A stretch of 59,645 nt of DNA from IMG/VR virus record IMGVR_UViG_3300037478_000826, positions 1-59,645 of that record, one strand, 5' to 3'. Both the position numbers and the translations under genes were made by a program. The notes below the pieces were generated by a model. It was not told where the DNA came from, searched no databases, and was given only the letters and a program-made list of their open reading frames with translations. This document shows, piece by piece, positions 48,244 to 57,188 of the stretch; the stretch's first letter is position 1, and the number at the start of each line of letters is the position of its first letter. The DNA comes from a virus (taxonomy: Duplodnaviria > Caudoviricetes).

Positions 48244-48740
48244 TGCTGTGCCTCGATTTCGATCATGGCGGCCGTGTAGCCCCGCATCCGGACACGGCCG
48301 CGTTTGTCCACTTCGGGCCGCCCCCACTTCAGTGCGGGGATGCGGCGCTTCGTCTTCTGCTGTCGGTACCGCCACCGCAGCTCGTCACCTGGACCATCGG
48401 GCGCGCGCGGCGCCCGCATGATGGCGCGGCCCCGCTGGTCGAGCTTCGGTCGCCCGTCCTTGTCGGTCGCGACCTCTTCGAACGGCACGCCGCACACCCA
48501 GCGCGCCACCTCGTCCCGGACGGCCGCGAGCGACAGCGCGGCGCGGTCGTCGTCGGCAAACTGCACCGAGATGCGGGTCAACGTTACGAGGACGCGCGGC
48601 GTTGGCGGTGGTGACGCCATCGCGTCGAGGGCCTCGCGGGTCGCGCGGCGCTGCGCCTTGACGCGGCTCGCCCGCACCATGGGGTGCTCCCTGGTGTTTG
48701 GCGTCGGCAGCGGCATCTGGACCTCTATCGCGATCCTCAC
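48240..48740 (-). CDS. RusA-like / endonuclease-fold protein (putative Holliday junction resolvase)
   Basis: PNTREH..VTLTRIS..DDD..AVRDEVA..WRYRQ. Confidence 0.55.
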   Translation of the reverse strand: MRIAIEVQMPLPTPNTREHPMVRASRVKAQRRATREALDAMASPPPTPRVLVTLTRISVQFADDDRAALSLAAVRDEVARWVCGVPFEEVATDKDGRPKLDQRGRAIMRAPRAPDGPGDELRWRYRQQKTKRRIPALKWGRPEVDKRGRVRMRGYTAAMIEIEAQQ

Positions 48741-49429
48741 GGCCAGATCACCTCGTTGCTGTACTGCCTCGTGGGGCCCGCGCGCTCAGTGCGGTGCGGT
48801 CGGAACGGCAGCCAATCGGCGCCCTCCTGCTCGCACACGATCACCTGGCCCCGTCGCCGCTCGCTCCACGTGGCGAGCGCCCCGTAGTCTACGCGGCTGT
48901 GCACGTAGTGGCGCCCGGCGTGCTGGTACGGCGGGTCCACGAACCACGTGGCCTCGATGTCGGGCGCGTCGGCGTAGTCGCCCTCGATGATCGTCCAATG
49001 CCGAATGTGTTCCACTTGGTCGGCGACACGGGCGCGGAGCGCTGGCGTCCAGCCCTCATATTGTCGGTTCAGCGCGCACATCTTCCGCCGTCCAGCCGAG
49101 AGGGTTCGTCGGGGCGTCGAGCACGCGCTGTTCATGGCGAACCCGACCAGCGAGCGTGCTCCGACCGGGACCCACGCCGGCAGATCGTCGACGTCGTCAA
49201 CCTCTGGGATCCGCATCACCTCCGACGGCTTCACCGCGATGAGCCACCGCCACATCTCGCAGATGGTCGGGTATTTCTCGACGAGGATGACGCGCCGATC
49301 CGGGTAGCGCATCGAGTAGCCAGCGGCGCCAGCGAACGGCTCGATGATGGTGTCGTGCAGTGGCGTCGGGTAGTGCGGCGCGGCGCGCCACTTGCCGCCG
49401 TAGTAGCGCCAGAATGGTCGCAGCGTCAT
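48737..49429 (-). CDS. Dam/D12-like DNA adenine methyltransferase
   Basis: RYYGGKW, EPFAGAAGYS, FVDPPY. Confidence 0.85.
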   Translation of the reverse strand: MTLRPFWRYYGGKWRAAPHYPTPLHDTIIEPFAGAAGYSMRYPDRRVILVEKYPTICEMWRWLIAVKPSEVMRIPEVDDVDDLPAWVPVGARSLVGFAMNSACSTPRRTLSAGRRKMCALNRQYEGWTPALRARVADQVEHIRHWTIIEGDYADAPDIEATWFVDPPYQHAGRHYVHSRVDYGALATWSERRRGQVIVCEQEGADWLPFRPHRTERAGPTRQYSNEVIWP

Positions 49430-50820
49430 CGCAACCACTCCTCGTCGCTGAAGCGCTGCAGCGCCCCGTGGAACCAGCACGACACTTGCCCAGGTGATCC
49501 GTTGCGCTGCCGCAACACGTCCAGCGTGGCGGCGATCGGTCGCGCCAGATCGCCAGCCGCCGGGCGCTCCCGCGTTGCCTTCTCGAGCCTGACCCGGACT
49601 AGGTTCTGCGCGAGACTCTTGAGGTGCGGGCAATAGTAAACATCGCTGGTGCCCTTCTTGAGGTGCGCCAATAGGACCACGGGAACGTGCAGCTCTTGCC
49701 CGAGCTTCAGCAGTCGGCGCGCGCTCTCCATCAGCCACTCGCTCTTGATGGTGTTCTTTTTGTTGGTCCCTGGCGGCGCGCTCAGTTCGCTGAGGTTGTC
49801 GAGCACGACCAGTTTTAGGTCGGTGCCGCGGGCGATGAGCCGCCTGCGCGCTACGTGACACGCCGCCGCGATCTGGTCGGCGTGCAACTGCTTGCGATCG
49901 TCGACCAGCAGCGGCGCTTCCGTCAGCGCAACCTCGCTCGCCCGGAGCGCGTCCCAGTCCTCGACCCGCAGGGCCCTGGGGTTGTTGCGGATCAGCCCGT
50001 AGTCGACGCCGCAGGTGCGCGCCGTCCCGCGTTGCAGCAGGTCGAGCTTCGGCTGCCCCGGCTCGCCGTTCCAGTAGTACACGCCGCCGCCGGCGAGCGC
50101 TGTGGTGAGCGCCCACCCGAGCGCCAGCGCCGTCTTGCCGCCGCTCGCCTCGGCGATCACGACGTACACGTCCGGCGCCCGCAGCCCGCCCATGAGGTCG
50201 TCGAGCTCCGCGATCTCTGTTGTGAGACCCGGTAGCGTGGTGGCGTCTGCCCTGCTGGCCTCGTCGAGATCGCGCAGCAGTTGGCGAGCGCCGTCGCCCA
50301 GCAGCTCGAGCGAGATCCGGTCGTGCTCGGTCGCCTGCATGAGCGACTGCCGAACGGTCGCCAGCCAGGTCGCTGGATCGCCAACATCCCCATAGCCCTC
50401 CGCGCCGTGTCGCTGCATGGCCTCGATGGCGCGTCGCTGCCGCGAACACGTGACTACGATCCACGCGTGATCGATCACGTGCGCGACGGCGGGAGTGTCA
50501 TCAACGATGCGGCCCAGGTAGCCGACGTCGACGCGCTGGATGAGCTCGCGCGCCCGCAACCACGTTCCGACCGTCACGGTGTCGATCGCCGCACCGGCAT
50601 CGTCGAGCGCCAACACTGCCGAGTAAATCAATCGGTTCGGCTCGCTGTAGAAGTCGCCGAGATCCAGCACGCCACGCACCTCCACGATCCGGTCAGGCTC
50701 GAGGATGCAGGCCGACAGCACCGCTGCCTCTGCAGTCAAATCATGTGGCGGCACCCGCCCGAACACGACCGGGGGCTCCCGCCGCGCCCGCCGCGCCTCG
50801 TCGAGATCCACCACCGTCAC
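49426..50820 (-). CDS. dnaB: Replicative DNA helicase, DnaB-like
   Basis: PPHDLTAEAAVL..DFYSEPNRLIY N-domain; AEASGGKT; VVLDNL; LGQELHVPVVLLAHL; QRNG. Confidence 0.92.
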   Translation of the reverse strand: MTVVDLDEARRARREPPVVFGRVPPHDLTAEAAVLSACILEPDRIVEVRGVLDLGDFYSEPNRLIYSAVLALDDAGAAIDTVTVGTWLRARELIQRVDVGYLGRIVDDTPAVAHVIDHAWIVVTCSRQRRAIEAMQRHGAEGYGDVGDPATWLATVRQSLMQATEHDRISLELLGDGARQLLRDLDEASRADATTLPGLTTEIAELDDLMGGLRAPDVYVVIAEASGGKTALALGWALTTALAGGGVYYWNGEPGQPKLDLLQRGTARTCGVDYGLIRNNPRALRVEDWDALRASEVALTEAPLLVDDRKQLHADQIAAACHVARRRLIARGTDLKLVVLDNLSELSAPPGTNKKNTIKSEWLMESARRLLKLGQELHVPVVLLAHLKKGTSDVYYCPHLKSLAQNLVRVRLEKATRERPAAGDLARPIAATLDVLRQRNGSPGQVSCWFHGALQRFSDEEWLR

Positions 50821-51860
50821 GATGACGCCTCGAGGAGCGGCATGTCTGGGAACAACACGCTCGGTGGACCGTGCAGACGCAGCTGTCGGCCGCGCTCGAT
50901 CCAGTGGCTGCGATCTGGTCCCGTGTAGCCCTCGGGCCGCGGTGTGCGCTTCCGTGGGCGTCGCGGCGGCGGACAGTCGTCCACGATCTCGAGCCCGTCG
51001 GCGTCGAGCTTGATGGCTCCACCGGGCCGCCGGTCAGCGGCGCGCTCCCGCTCCCTCCGCAGCCACGTCCTGAACGCCGCGTCCCAGTCCAGCTTCGTCG
51101 CCGTCCGACTCGTGCTGGCCAGCCAGTGGTCACGGAACGCGTCGGCGATCTCCAGCACGTCGTGGCGGTCGTGCCCTTTCGCGGCGGCGTGCTCGAGCAG
51201 CTGCTGGCTCGGCTGCCAGCCGCTCGGGAGGCGGTGGCCACGCTTGGCTGCGGGGGCCCTCGTCGCCTTGGGCTTCCGTGTTGGCTTGGAGGCGGGATCG
51301 CGATCTGGTGTTGCTGTCGGGGGGGCCGCGGGGGGGTCTCCCCCCTGCACCCCCGGCACGGCACGGCACGGTGTCGGCACGGTGTCGGCACGGCTAGAGT
51401 CACCTGGCGTCACGCCACTCGACGCAAGCGTTACATTTTGTGACGCTGCGTCACGCGGTGGTAACGCGGCGTCACCACTGACGCCCAACTGCGCCCCGCG
51501 CGCCCGCGCCTCGCGTCGCTCGCGGTAGGTCTGCTGCCTTGCCTTGCCGTTGCTGATCGACTCCTGGGCGGCGACAAAGTTTGGAACCACCAGGTGCTGC
51601 CTGCCGCCGTCGCTGCCCTGGTGGACGCTCAGGCAGCCATCGGCCAGCAACTCTCGAAGGGGCGCCTCGACCTCTGCCCACGGGGCCCCACACGCCACGG
51701 CGACGCCTCGGATCCCAACGCGCCCGAGCTCGATGATGCCAGCGCGGTCGCATTTGCGGAGCACCAAGCAGAAGAGCCCGCGCGCCTGCCACGACAACGC
51801 CATCCACTCCACTGTGTCGCGCGTGTAGACGCGGACGTACCGCTCGTCGGACCAGTCCAC
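50817..51860 (-). CDS. Replication initiator protein
   Basis: N-terminal wHTH-like LSWQARGLF; C-terminal DWDAAFRTW; upstream of DnaB. Confidence 0.75.
   Translation of the reverse strand: MDWSDERYVRVYTRDTVEWMALSWQARGLFCLVLRKCDRAGIIELGRVGIRGVAVACGAPWAEVEAPLRELLADGCLSVHQGSDGGRQHLVVPNFVAAQESISNGKARQQTYRERREARARGAQLGVSGDAALPPRDAASQNVTLASSGVTPGDSSRADTVPTPCRAVPGVQGGDPPAAPPTATPDRDPASKPTRKPKATRAPAAKRGHRLPSGWQPSQQLLEHAAAKGHDRHDVLEIADAFRDHWLASTSRTATKLDWDAAFRTWLRRERERAADRRPGGAIKLDADGLEIVDDCPPPRRPRKRTPRPEGYTGPDRSHWIERGRQLRLHGPPSVLFPDMPLLEASS
51354..51485. repeat. Iteron-like repeat cluster (putative origin inside the initiator gene)
   Basis: Tandem GGCAC(GGTGTC) repeats, then about eight GCGTCAC/GTGACGC/GCGTTAC/GTAACGC motifs in both orientations. 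Confidence 0.55.
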
Positions 51861-51997
51861 TTACCGCGCCCCCTGTTGGATCGGGAGCGGGACGGATGAG
51901 CACCCAGGCAGCGCGCTGCCCATCTGGTGACCAACCGTGGCCTGGCCTGCGAAGATTCTGGAGCCGTGCCGCGGCGTTACAGCACGCCGGGAGACGC

Positions 51998-52040
51998 CTT
52001 TGAATCCTCTAATCGTGGTTCGAATCCACGCTCCGGAACC
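51998..52040 (+). other. attP: attP core: 3' half of a tRNA-Gln(TTG) gene
   Basis: Anticodon loop CT-TTG-AA, T-arm CGTGG-TTCGAAT-CCACG, acceptor 3' strand CTCCGGA-A-CC; 5' half absent; adjacent to the integrase 3' end. Confidence 0.85.
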
Positions 52041-52084
52041 GACTTTTCCCGGTGAAACCGACCGATCTAACCCTCGCATCGTTC

Positions 52085-53149
52085 TCATTCCTCGCTCCCG
52101 GCCGCAATCTTCTGCCCAACATGTGGCAAGACCCGATCGAGCAGCACCTTGCGGAGTCGCTCGCCTTCGAGCCGCGCGTAAACGCGTGACGCCATCGCGG
52201 GCGACGAGTGCCCCATCCAGGCACCGACCAACGAGGCGTCGCCGACACGCTCGCGCAGCCACGTCGATCCGGTCCGACGCAGGTCCGTCAGCGTCGCCTT
52301 CTCGATCCCGGCGCGTCGGCATGCCGCAGCGAGATCGCGGCTGGCCGTCGTGTCGGGCCACCGCACGAGCGGCAGCCGGACGAGCGGCACCAGGTACTCG
52401 ACCCAAGGCATAATGGCGACCCAGCGCCAACTGCGGGGCGTCTTGCTGCCGCGCACCAACACCAAGCCGGCTTCGACCTGCAGATCGTCCGGTACCGCCC
52501 GCGCCGACGCTGCGGGGCGCGCTGCCGTGATGACGGTCCACGCCACCCACGCCCTGCGGTGCGGCGGCAGCACCGCGAGCAACCGGTCGAGCTCGGCCGC
52601 GTCGCGCAGGACGCGCTCGCGCGGCTGGTAGCCACTCTCCCAGTTGAGCGGCAGCACATCATCCGGGTGGCGCTGGTACTCGCCTCGACGACGCGCCAGC
52701 TTCAACACGATCCGGAGCGTCGTCAGCTCCTTGCCGACGGTGTGGCGCGACACGGCCTTGACGTGCGCGCCATCGGCGCCCACGTAGCCGCTGAGCCGCC
52801 TCGTGATGTAGTCGTCCACCATCGACGCGTCGATCGCGCTCAGCGGCGTGTCGGCGCCCATTACCTCGGTGAGGCGCGACGCCTTCGCGCCGTAGAACCG
52901 AAGCGTCGCATCGCTGCGACCACGCTGCTCGCGATCCAACATCATGCGCTCGACCCCCGTCGCGAGCGTTGTGGTTGCCGCTTTGGATTCGGCCGGATCA
53001 GCTGCAGCACGCTCCCAGCGCGCGAGGACGCTGGCGGCCGCTCGCTTGTCGGTGCACTTCGTCGAGCGTCGGATGCGGTTGCCGTCGTGGTCGTAGAAGG
53101 TCGCGTACCAGATGCGGCCGCCCGGCTGCTTGAAGAGTCGCTCTGACAT
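52085..53149 (-). CDS. int: Tyrosine integrase
   Basis: N-terminal arm-binding WYATFYDHDG.RIRRST; catalytic R (TAARP), K (GSKT), DLRRT, MGHS, VYA. Confidence 0.92.
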   Translation of the reverse strand: MSERLFKQPGGRIWYATFYDHDGNRIRRSTKCTDKRAAASVLARWERAAADPAESKAATTTLATGVERMMLDREQRGRSDATLRFYGAKASRLTEVMGADTPLSAIDASMVDDYITRRLSGYVGADGAHVKAVSRHTVGKELTTLRIVLKLARRRGEYQRHPDDVLPLNWESGYQPRERVLRDAAELDRLLAVLPPHRRAWVAWTVITAARPAASARAVPDDLQVEAGLVLVRGSKTPRSWRWVAIMPWVEYLVPLVRLPLVRWPDTTASRDLAAACRRAGIEKATLTDLRRTGSTWLRERVGDASLVGAWMGHSSPAMASRVYARLEGERLRKVLLDRVLPHVGQKIAAGSEE

Positions 53150-53316
53150 GATGGCCCAGCCTCATGCTGGCGGATCCAGCGATCAAGCTCTCGTCGACGG
53201 ACGCGAACGGGCCGCGTCAGGTGCACGCATTCGTGGATGATTCGATACGCGGTCGCGACCGACACCTGCAGGAGCGTCGCCACGTCGTCGGCCTTGAGGA
53301 ACTCGCGCGCGCTCAT
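52942..53316 (-). CDS. xis: Excisionase-like HTH protein
   Basis: FLKADDVATLLQVSVATAYRII..VRVRRRELDRWI; tail overlaps the int start. Confidence 0.75.
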   Translation of the reverse strand: MSAREFLKADDVATLLQVSVATAYRIIHECVHLTRPVRVRRRELDRWIRQHEAGPSCQSDSSSSRAAASGTRPSTTTTATASDARRSAPTSERPPASSRAGSVLQLIRPNPKRQPQRSRRGSSA

Positions 53317-53320
53317 GGCT

Positions 53321-53686
53321 TCACCCGTCACCCCGCATCGCCTTCAGGAGCCGCCGCACCGCTGGGTGCTGCTCGAGCTTGGCGAGCGCGGAGAGCTCTA
53401 GCTGCCGAACCCTCTCGCGCACGAGGTTCATGGCGGTGGCCACTGCTTCAAGCGTGGCTCCGCCGCCGTCGGCCACGTCGAGCGTGCACGTCTCGCCGAG
53501 CTCGTCGACATCGAGGTCTGGAAAATTCACCTTGATGGCACCGGTCTTTGGATTCGGGTCGATCGCCATGTGGAACCGGCACGAGACCCACGGGCATGGC
53601 CGGGCTCCATCCACGCAATCACCCCTCACCGTCGGCCGCGGCGGCGCGTCCTCGGGCGTCGGGTGCAACATCGTGAGCCGCGCCAT
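53321..53686 (-). CDS. Sigma70 region-4-like HTH protein with Cys-rich N-terminus (start may be further upstream)
   Basis: RGDC..RPCPWVSCRFH..CTLDVAD..TLEAVATAMNLVRERVRQLELSALAKL. Confidence 0.8.
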   Translation of the reverse strand: MARLTMLHPTPEDAPPRPTVRGDCVDGARPCPWVSCRFHMAIDPNPKTGAIKVNFPDLDVDELGETCTLDVADGGGATLEAVATAMNLVRERVRQLELSALAKLEQHPAVRRLLKAMRGDG

Positions 53687-54221
53687 CTCCTTTTTGCCCC
53701 ACTGCTTGGGGTGCTCCGTCGCGGCACGGACGTCGCGCTTGCGCCGGCTCCGGCGGCGGTTGCGCTCCCGAGTTGCCGAGGCGGCTCGCGACAGCGCGGC
53801 CGAGCTCGCAGTCGACGCAGGTGCTGGCGCGCCAGACGCCGGAGGCCGCTTGTCCGGCGAGTCCGCCTTCGTCCCTGCGCCGGTGAGCGCGGCCTTGCGG
53901 GTCGACCCAGGTTCCGACGCGGGCGCCGTGCTGGCGCTGTCGCGCGACGCAGTCCCGAGCCCGCATCTTGCACCGGAGCGGGGCACACTGAAACCGTTGG
54001 GCTGGATCGGCAAGCTCAGCGACGGGAACGACGTCGAGCCGAACCGGAACGGCACTGTCGGGCTTGGTGTCGCGATGGACGATGGGCTGTTCGACGCGGC
54101 CGACAACGGCACGTCGCGCGCGCAGCTTGGCGGCAGCGTCAGCGGGCGTGTAGACGCGTCGCTCGACAGGCGGGGCCGCTGGCTCGCTAGACTCGGCCGG
54201 ACTCGCGCTTCCGGCTTGCAT
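53619..54221 (-). CDS. Hypothetical Cys-containing protein carrying an IVHRDTKPD peptide
   Basis: ATG directly after upstream stop; CxxxxC..C..CxxC. Confidence 0.55.
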   Translation of the reverse strand: MQAGSASPAESSEPAAPPVERRVYTPADAAAKLRARRAVVGRVEQPIVHRDTKPDSAVPVRLDVVPVAELADPAQRFQCAPLRCKMRARDCVARQRQHGARVGTWVDPQGRAHRRRDEGGLAGQAASGVWRASTCVDCELGRAVASRLGNSGAQPPPEPAQARRPCRDGAPQAVGQKGDGAAHDVAPDARGRAAAADGEG

Positions 54222-54686
54222 TCACGTGACCGCATGCCACCGCCTCTTCGTCTTGCTGCCGCGCCACTCCGCTTTCCCGGCGGCGACCAGCCGATGCATC
54301 GCCTTCCGGATCGTGACCGCCGACACGCCAAGCGCCTCGGCCAGGTCGGTGGACATCAATCCAGTGGCGCCAGCCGAGGCCAGCGCCCGCTCCACCTCGG
54401 CCACTCGCGCCTCGCTGACGCCGCCCTTCTTCGTTTTGCGCGTCGCCTTCGACCGGTCCGCGGCCGGCGCCGCATCCCCAACGGGCGGCTTCACCTCGGG
54501 CGCGGGCACGAGCATGCCCGCCTCTTGCACTTGGTCGATCAGCACGAGCAGCACGAAGCGCCGCACGCCTGGGTGGCGCCGCACCAGGTGGGCGAGGTCG
54601 TCGTCCGGCATCGAGCGCACCGCAGCCGCCAGGTCCGCGTTTGGGATGCTGCCGATGGCCTTGTCGAGAATCTGTGCCGCGTTCAT
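54222..54686 (-). CDS. C-terminal winged-helix DNA-binding protein
   Basis: STDLAEALGVSAVTIRKAMHRLVAAG; GGAGG SD. Confidence 0.75.
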   Translation of the reverse strand: MNAAQILDKAIGSIPNADLAAAVRSMPDDDLAHLVRRHPGVRRFVLLVLIDQVQEAGMLVPAPEVKPPVGDAAPAADRSKATRKTKKGGVSEARVAEVERALASAGATGLMSTDLAEALGVSAVTIRKAMHRLVAAGKAEWRGSKTKRRWHAVT

Positions 54687-55309
54687 GAATCCTCCGAGAA
54701 CATGGCGCGCTGACGCCGGCGCCCACGGGCGCGCCGTTTCGCCAACTGGCCCGTGACGGCAACGTGGCAGGGCCGGCAGAGCGTCCTGTAATTCTCAAGC
54801 CCGCACGCTCCGCCGCCTTCGACGACCGGCACGATGTGGTCGGCCTCCCAGAGGGTGCGGTGGATGGCCGTCATGCCGCGCGACAGGTGCTGCGCTGGCT
54901 CGAAGCCGTGCTCGCTCAGCATCTGTCGCGCCTCGGCGGCCAACCACAGCCAGGCTGCGTCGCGGCCCGCCTGCTTGGCGATCCGTACCAGGTCGGCCTC
55001 ACTGCCGCGCTCCGGTACCGGCCACCATTCCGATCTTGGATGCCGGACCCCGTACGCGCGCGCCATCGCGGCATCGACGGCGCGCCGTAGCTGCTCGGTG
55101 TCGAGCCCGCACGCCGCGCAGACGCCACGGTCGCGTGCCTTGACGAGCGAGCGCGCCCTCGATGGCCACGCCCGCACCGTGTAGGCGTCGACGCACGCCT
55201 GGCTGCACCAGGACCGCCGCGGCGCCGTGACGGCCTCGCCGCACCAGCTGCATCGGCCCTCCTCGCTGAAGGGCTTCGCATCGCTCCGGAGCGTGCGGCG
55301 TGTCGTCAT
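54683..55309 (-). CDS. HNH endonuclease with zinc fingers
   Basis: CSWCG..WCSQAC, RDRGVCAAC, EADHIVPVVEGGG..NYRTLCRPCH. Confidence 0.9.
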   Translation of the reverse strand: MTTRRTLRSDAKPFSEEGRCSWCGEAVTAPRRSWCSQACVDAYTVRAWPSRARSLVKARDRGVCAACGLDTEQLRRAVDAAMARAYGVRHPRSEWWPVPERGSEADLVRIAKQAGRDAAWLWLAAEARQMLSEHGFEPAQHLSRGMTAIHRTLWEADHIVPVVEGGGACGLENYRTLCRPCHVAVTGQLAKRRARGRRRQRAMFSEDS

Positions 55310-55611
55310 CGCGGCGCCGCCTCCACGTCCGCGCTCCTGGGCGTCAGGATCTGCACCCGCGTGAGGGGCACGCGCCACAGGTCCGTCGTTAGCTCTTGCG
55401 GCCACACGCCAGGCTGGCGCGGGGCCTTGAGGCGGTAGAGGCCAGTGTCGACCCGCTCCACCGTGCCGGTCGCGGCGAGTCTGCACAAGCGGTCCGTTGC
55501 GGCGCGGTTCGTTATGCCGAGCAGGCGAGCAATGGTGTCGCCCGTCAGCGCGACGCCGGGCTTGAACAGGACGAAGACCTCACACAGGGCGGGCGTCGTC
55601 GGAGGCATCAT
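55306..55611 (-). CDS. Winged-helix DNA-binding protein
   Basis: TIARLLGITNRAATDRLCRL..GLYRL. Confidence 0.65.
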   Translation of the reverse strand: MMPPTTPALCEVFVLFKPGVALTGDTIARLLGITNRAATDRLCRLAATGTVERVDTGLYRLKAPRQPGVWPQELTTDLWRVPLTRVQILTPRSADVEAAPR

Positions 55612-56156
55612 CGGTCGTGCCTCCCGAGGTCACGCCGCCCCGCGCGCGCCACGCCTTCGAGCGCAGCCCAGTCGCGATCGATCTGCGCCCGCAGCTTGCG
55701 CGGCATCTCGGCGGCCCGGTCCGCTGCCGTCGCGCCTTCGGCCACGCGACCCAGCGCCGACACGGCATTGCGGACGTGCGTCTCCTGCGGCGACCACGGT
55801 TCGCCGTCGAGCGCCTCGAGCTCCGCCATCTGCCGCACCACCTCATCGAACAAGCGCGGACACACGAGCCGGATCTGCAGCAGGCGCGACAGCGACAGGC
55901 CACGGTCGTGCACCGGATCGCACCAGTTCGACACGTGGGTCTTGTGCACGTCGAGCCGCGTAGCGAGCCACGACACGCCCACGTTGCAGGCCGACATCGC
56001 GCGCCGCAGCAAGTAGGCCGATTGCTCGCGGGTCGCCTGCTTGCCCATGATGTCGAGCCGTGCAGGGCTGACCGAACGTGCAGGCAACGACTTCGCCCTG
56101 TCGTTACCAGGAGGGGATGCGGACGCAGCCGCACCCTGATGGCGATGCCGCGTCAA
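55608..56156 (-). CDS. CII-like HTH regulator (start uncertain, possibly 56048)
   Basis: WLATRLDVHKTHVSNWCDP; position downstream of cro. Confidence 0.55.
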   Translation of the reverse strand: MTRHRHQGAAASASPPGNDRAKSLPARSVSPARLDIMGKQATREQSAYLLRRAMSACNVGVSWLATRLDVHKTHVSNWCDPVHDRGLSLSRLLQIRLVCPRLFDEVVRQMAELEALDGEPWSPQETHVRNAVSALGRVAEGATAADRAAEMPRKLRAQIDRDWAALEGVARAGRRDLGRHDR

Positions 56157-56159
56157 CGC

Positions 56160-56576
56160 TCAGCCCTCTCCGCCCAGGTCCAGGTAAAGTTCGTCGAAAA
56201 TGTCGACCTCGAACGATCCAAACGCGACGGCGAAGTAGCCATCGTCGCAGTACGCGTCGGCGGCGCGGAACCAGCGCTCGCACACGACCTCGTCGCCGAT
56301 GGTGGCCACCACGCGCATCGGTGGCGTCAGCCCGTGCTCGTCGAGCGCGACCTCCATCCACGGGTAGGCGACTCCGTCCTCGACCTCGAGAACGCACGAC
56401 ATGACGAGGGGCTCACGCCGCAGCGTGCCGAGCGTTTTGGCGTGGGTGACCCTATCGCGGATCGCGAACTCGCGCTGAGCCGACGACATCGCGACCGACC
56501 TCAGCGAGCCGGCCGGCAGCTCGACGCCGTCGATCGTCATCGACTCCCACGCCCCGCTTGCGAACAGGTTCGACAT
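56160..56576 (-). CDS. Hypothetical acidic protein
   Basis: GAGGG SD, ATG. Confidence 0.55.
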   Translation of the reverse strand: MSNLFASGAWESMTIDGVELPAGSLRSVAMSSAQREFAIRDRVTHAKTLGTLRREPLVMSCVLEVEDGVAYPWMEVALDEHGLTPPMRVVATIGDEVVCERWFRAADAYCDDGYFAVAFGSFEVDIFDELYLDLGGEG

Positions 56577-56615
56577 GGCGCTGCCCTCAGGCGACGCCCC
56601 TGTCGAGTGCCGGCG

Positions 56616-56909
56616 TCAGCCCACTTTGGACATGCAGTTGCGGCAGCGCCGCTGCGACTCCTTCATGGCCAGCAGCGGGATCCAGCACAGCACGAAGCAC
56701 AGGAAGAGCAGGGCGACGAACATCACCCACCCGCCCGTCGAGATCTTCTCGTCTTCGATCGGCGGCGTCGCGCAGCCACAGAACGGGCAGCGCCACATGG
56801 GCGCTTGCGTCTGCGGCTGCATGTACGGCTGCCCGTAGCCCTGTTGCTGCTGCGGCGGGTACCCGTGTGGAGGCGGATATCCGTGCGGCGGCGGATGACC
56901 CCAACCCAT
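56616..56909 (-). CDS. LITAF-like zinc-ribbon membrane protein with Pro/Tyr/Gln-rich N-terminus
   Basis: CPFC - hydrophobic segment ending LCWIPL - CRNC..VG. Confidence 0.75.
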   Translation of the reverse strand: MGWGHPPPHGYPPPHGYPPQQQQGYGQPYMQPQTQAPMWRCPFCGCATPPIEDEKISTGGWVMFVALLFLCFVLCWIPLLAMKESQRRCRNCMSKVG

Positions 56910-56921
56910 CGAGCGACGCTA

Positions 56922-57182
56922 TCACGACGCCTCCGCGGCGGGGCCCGTGTTTTCGCCGGGCCCGGACTCGGTCGCCGTTTCGCCCCACAGCGACGCGGCA
57001 ATGCCCCACTCGCGCGCCATCACGAGCGCCATTTCGAGAGACGGTTTCCGCGCCCCGCTCAAGAGCCGCGACACCTGACTTTGCTGACAGCCTAGTGTTT
57101 CTGCGACATCACTCTGTCGCAGCTTGCGGGACGCCATGGTCAGCCGCAGCTGCCTCGCTCCCTCTGACGGCCAGTTGGTCAC
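56922..57182 (-). CDS. cro: Cro-like XRE HTH protein
   Basis: LRQSDVAETLGCQQSQVSRLLSGARKPS; divergent from the repressor. Confidence 0.85.
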   Translation of the reverse strand: MTNWPSEGARQLRLTMASRKLRQSDVAETLGCQQSQVSRLLSGARKPSLEMALVMAREWGIAASLWGETATESGPGENTGPAAEAS

Positions 57183-57188
57183 GTTGCC

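Noticed and set aside
51960-52045. Complete tRNA gene
   Set aside because: No D-arm, 5' acceptor strand or 5' anticodon stem; only the 3' half is present, consistent with attP.
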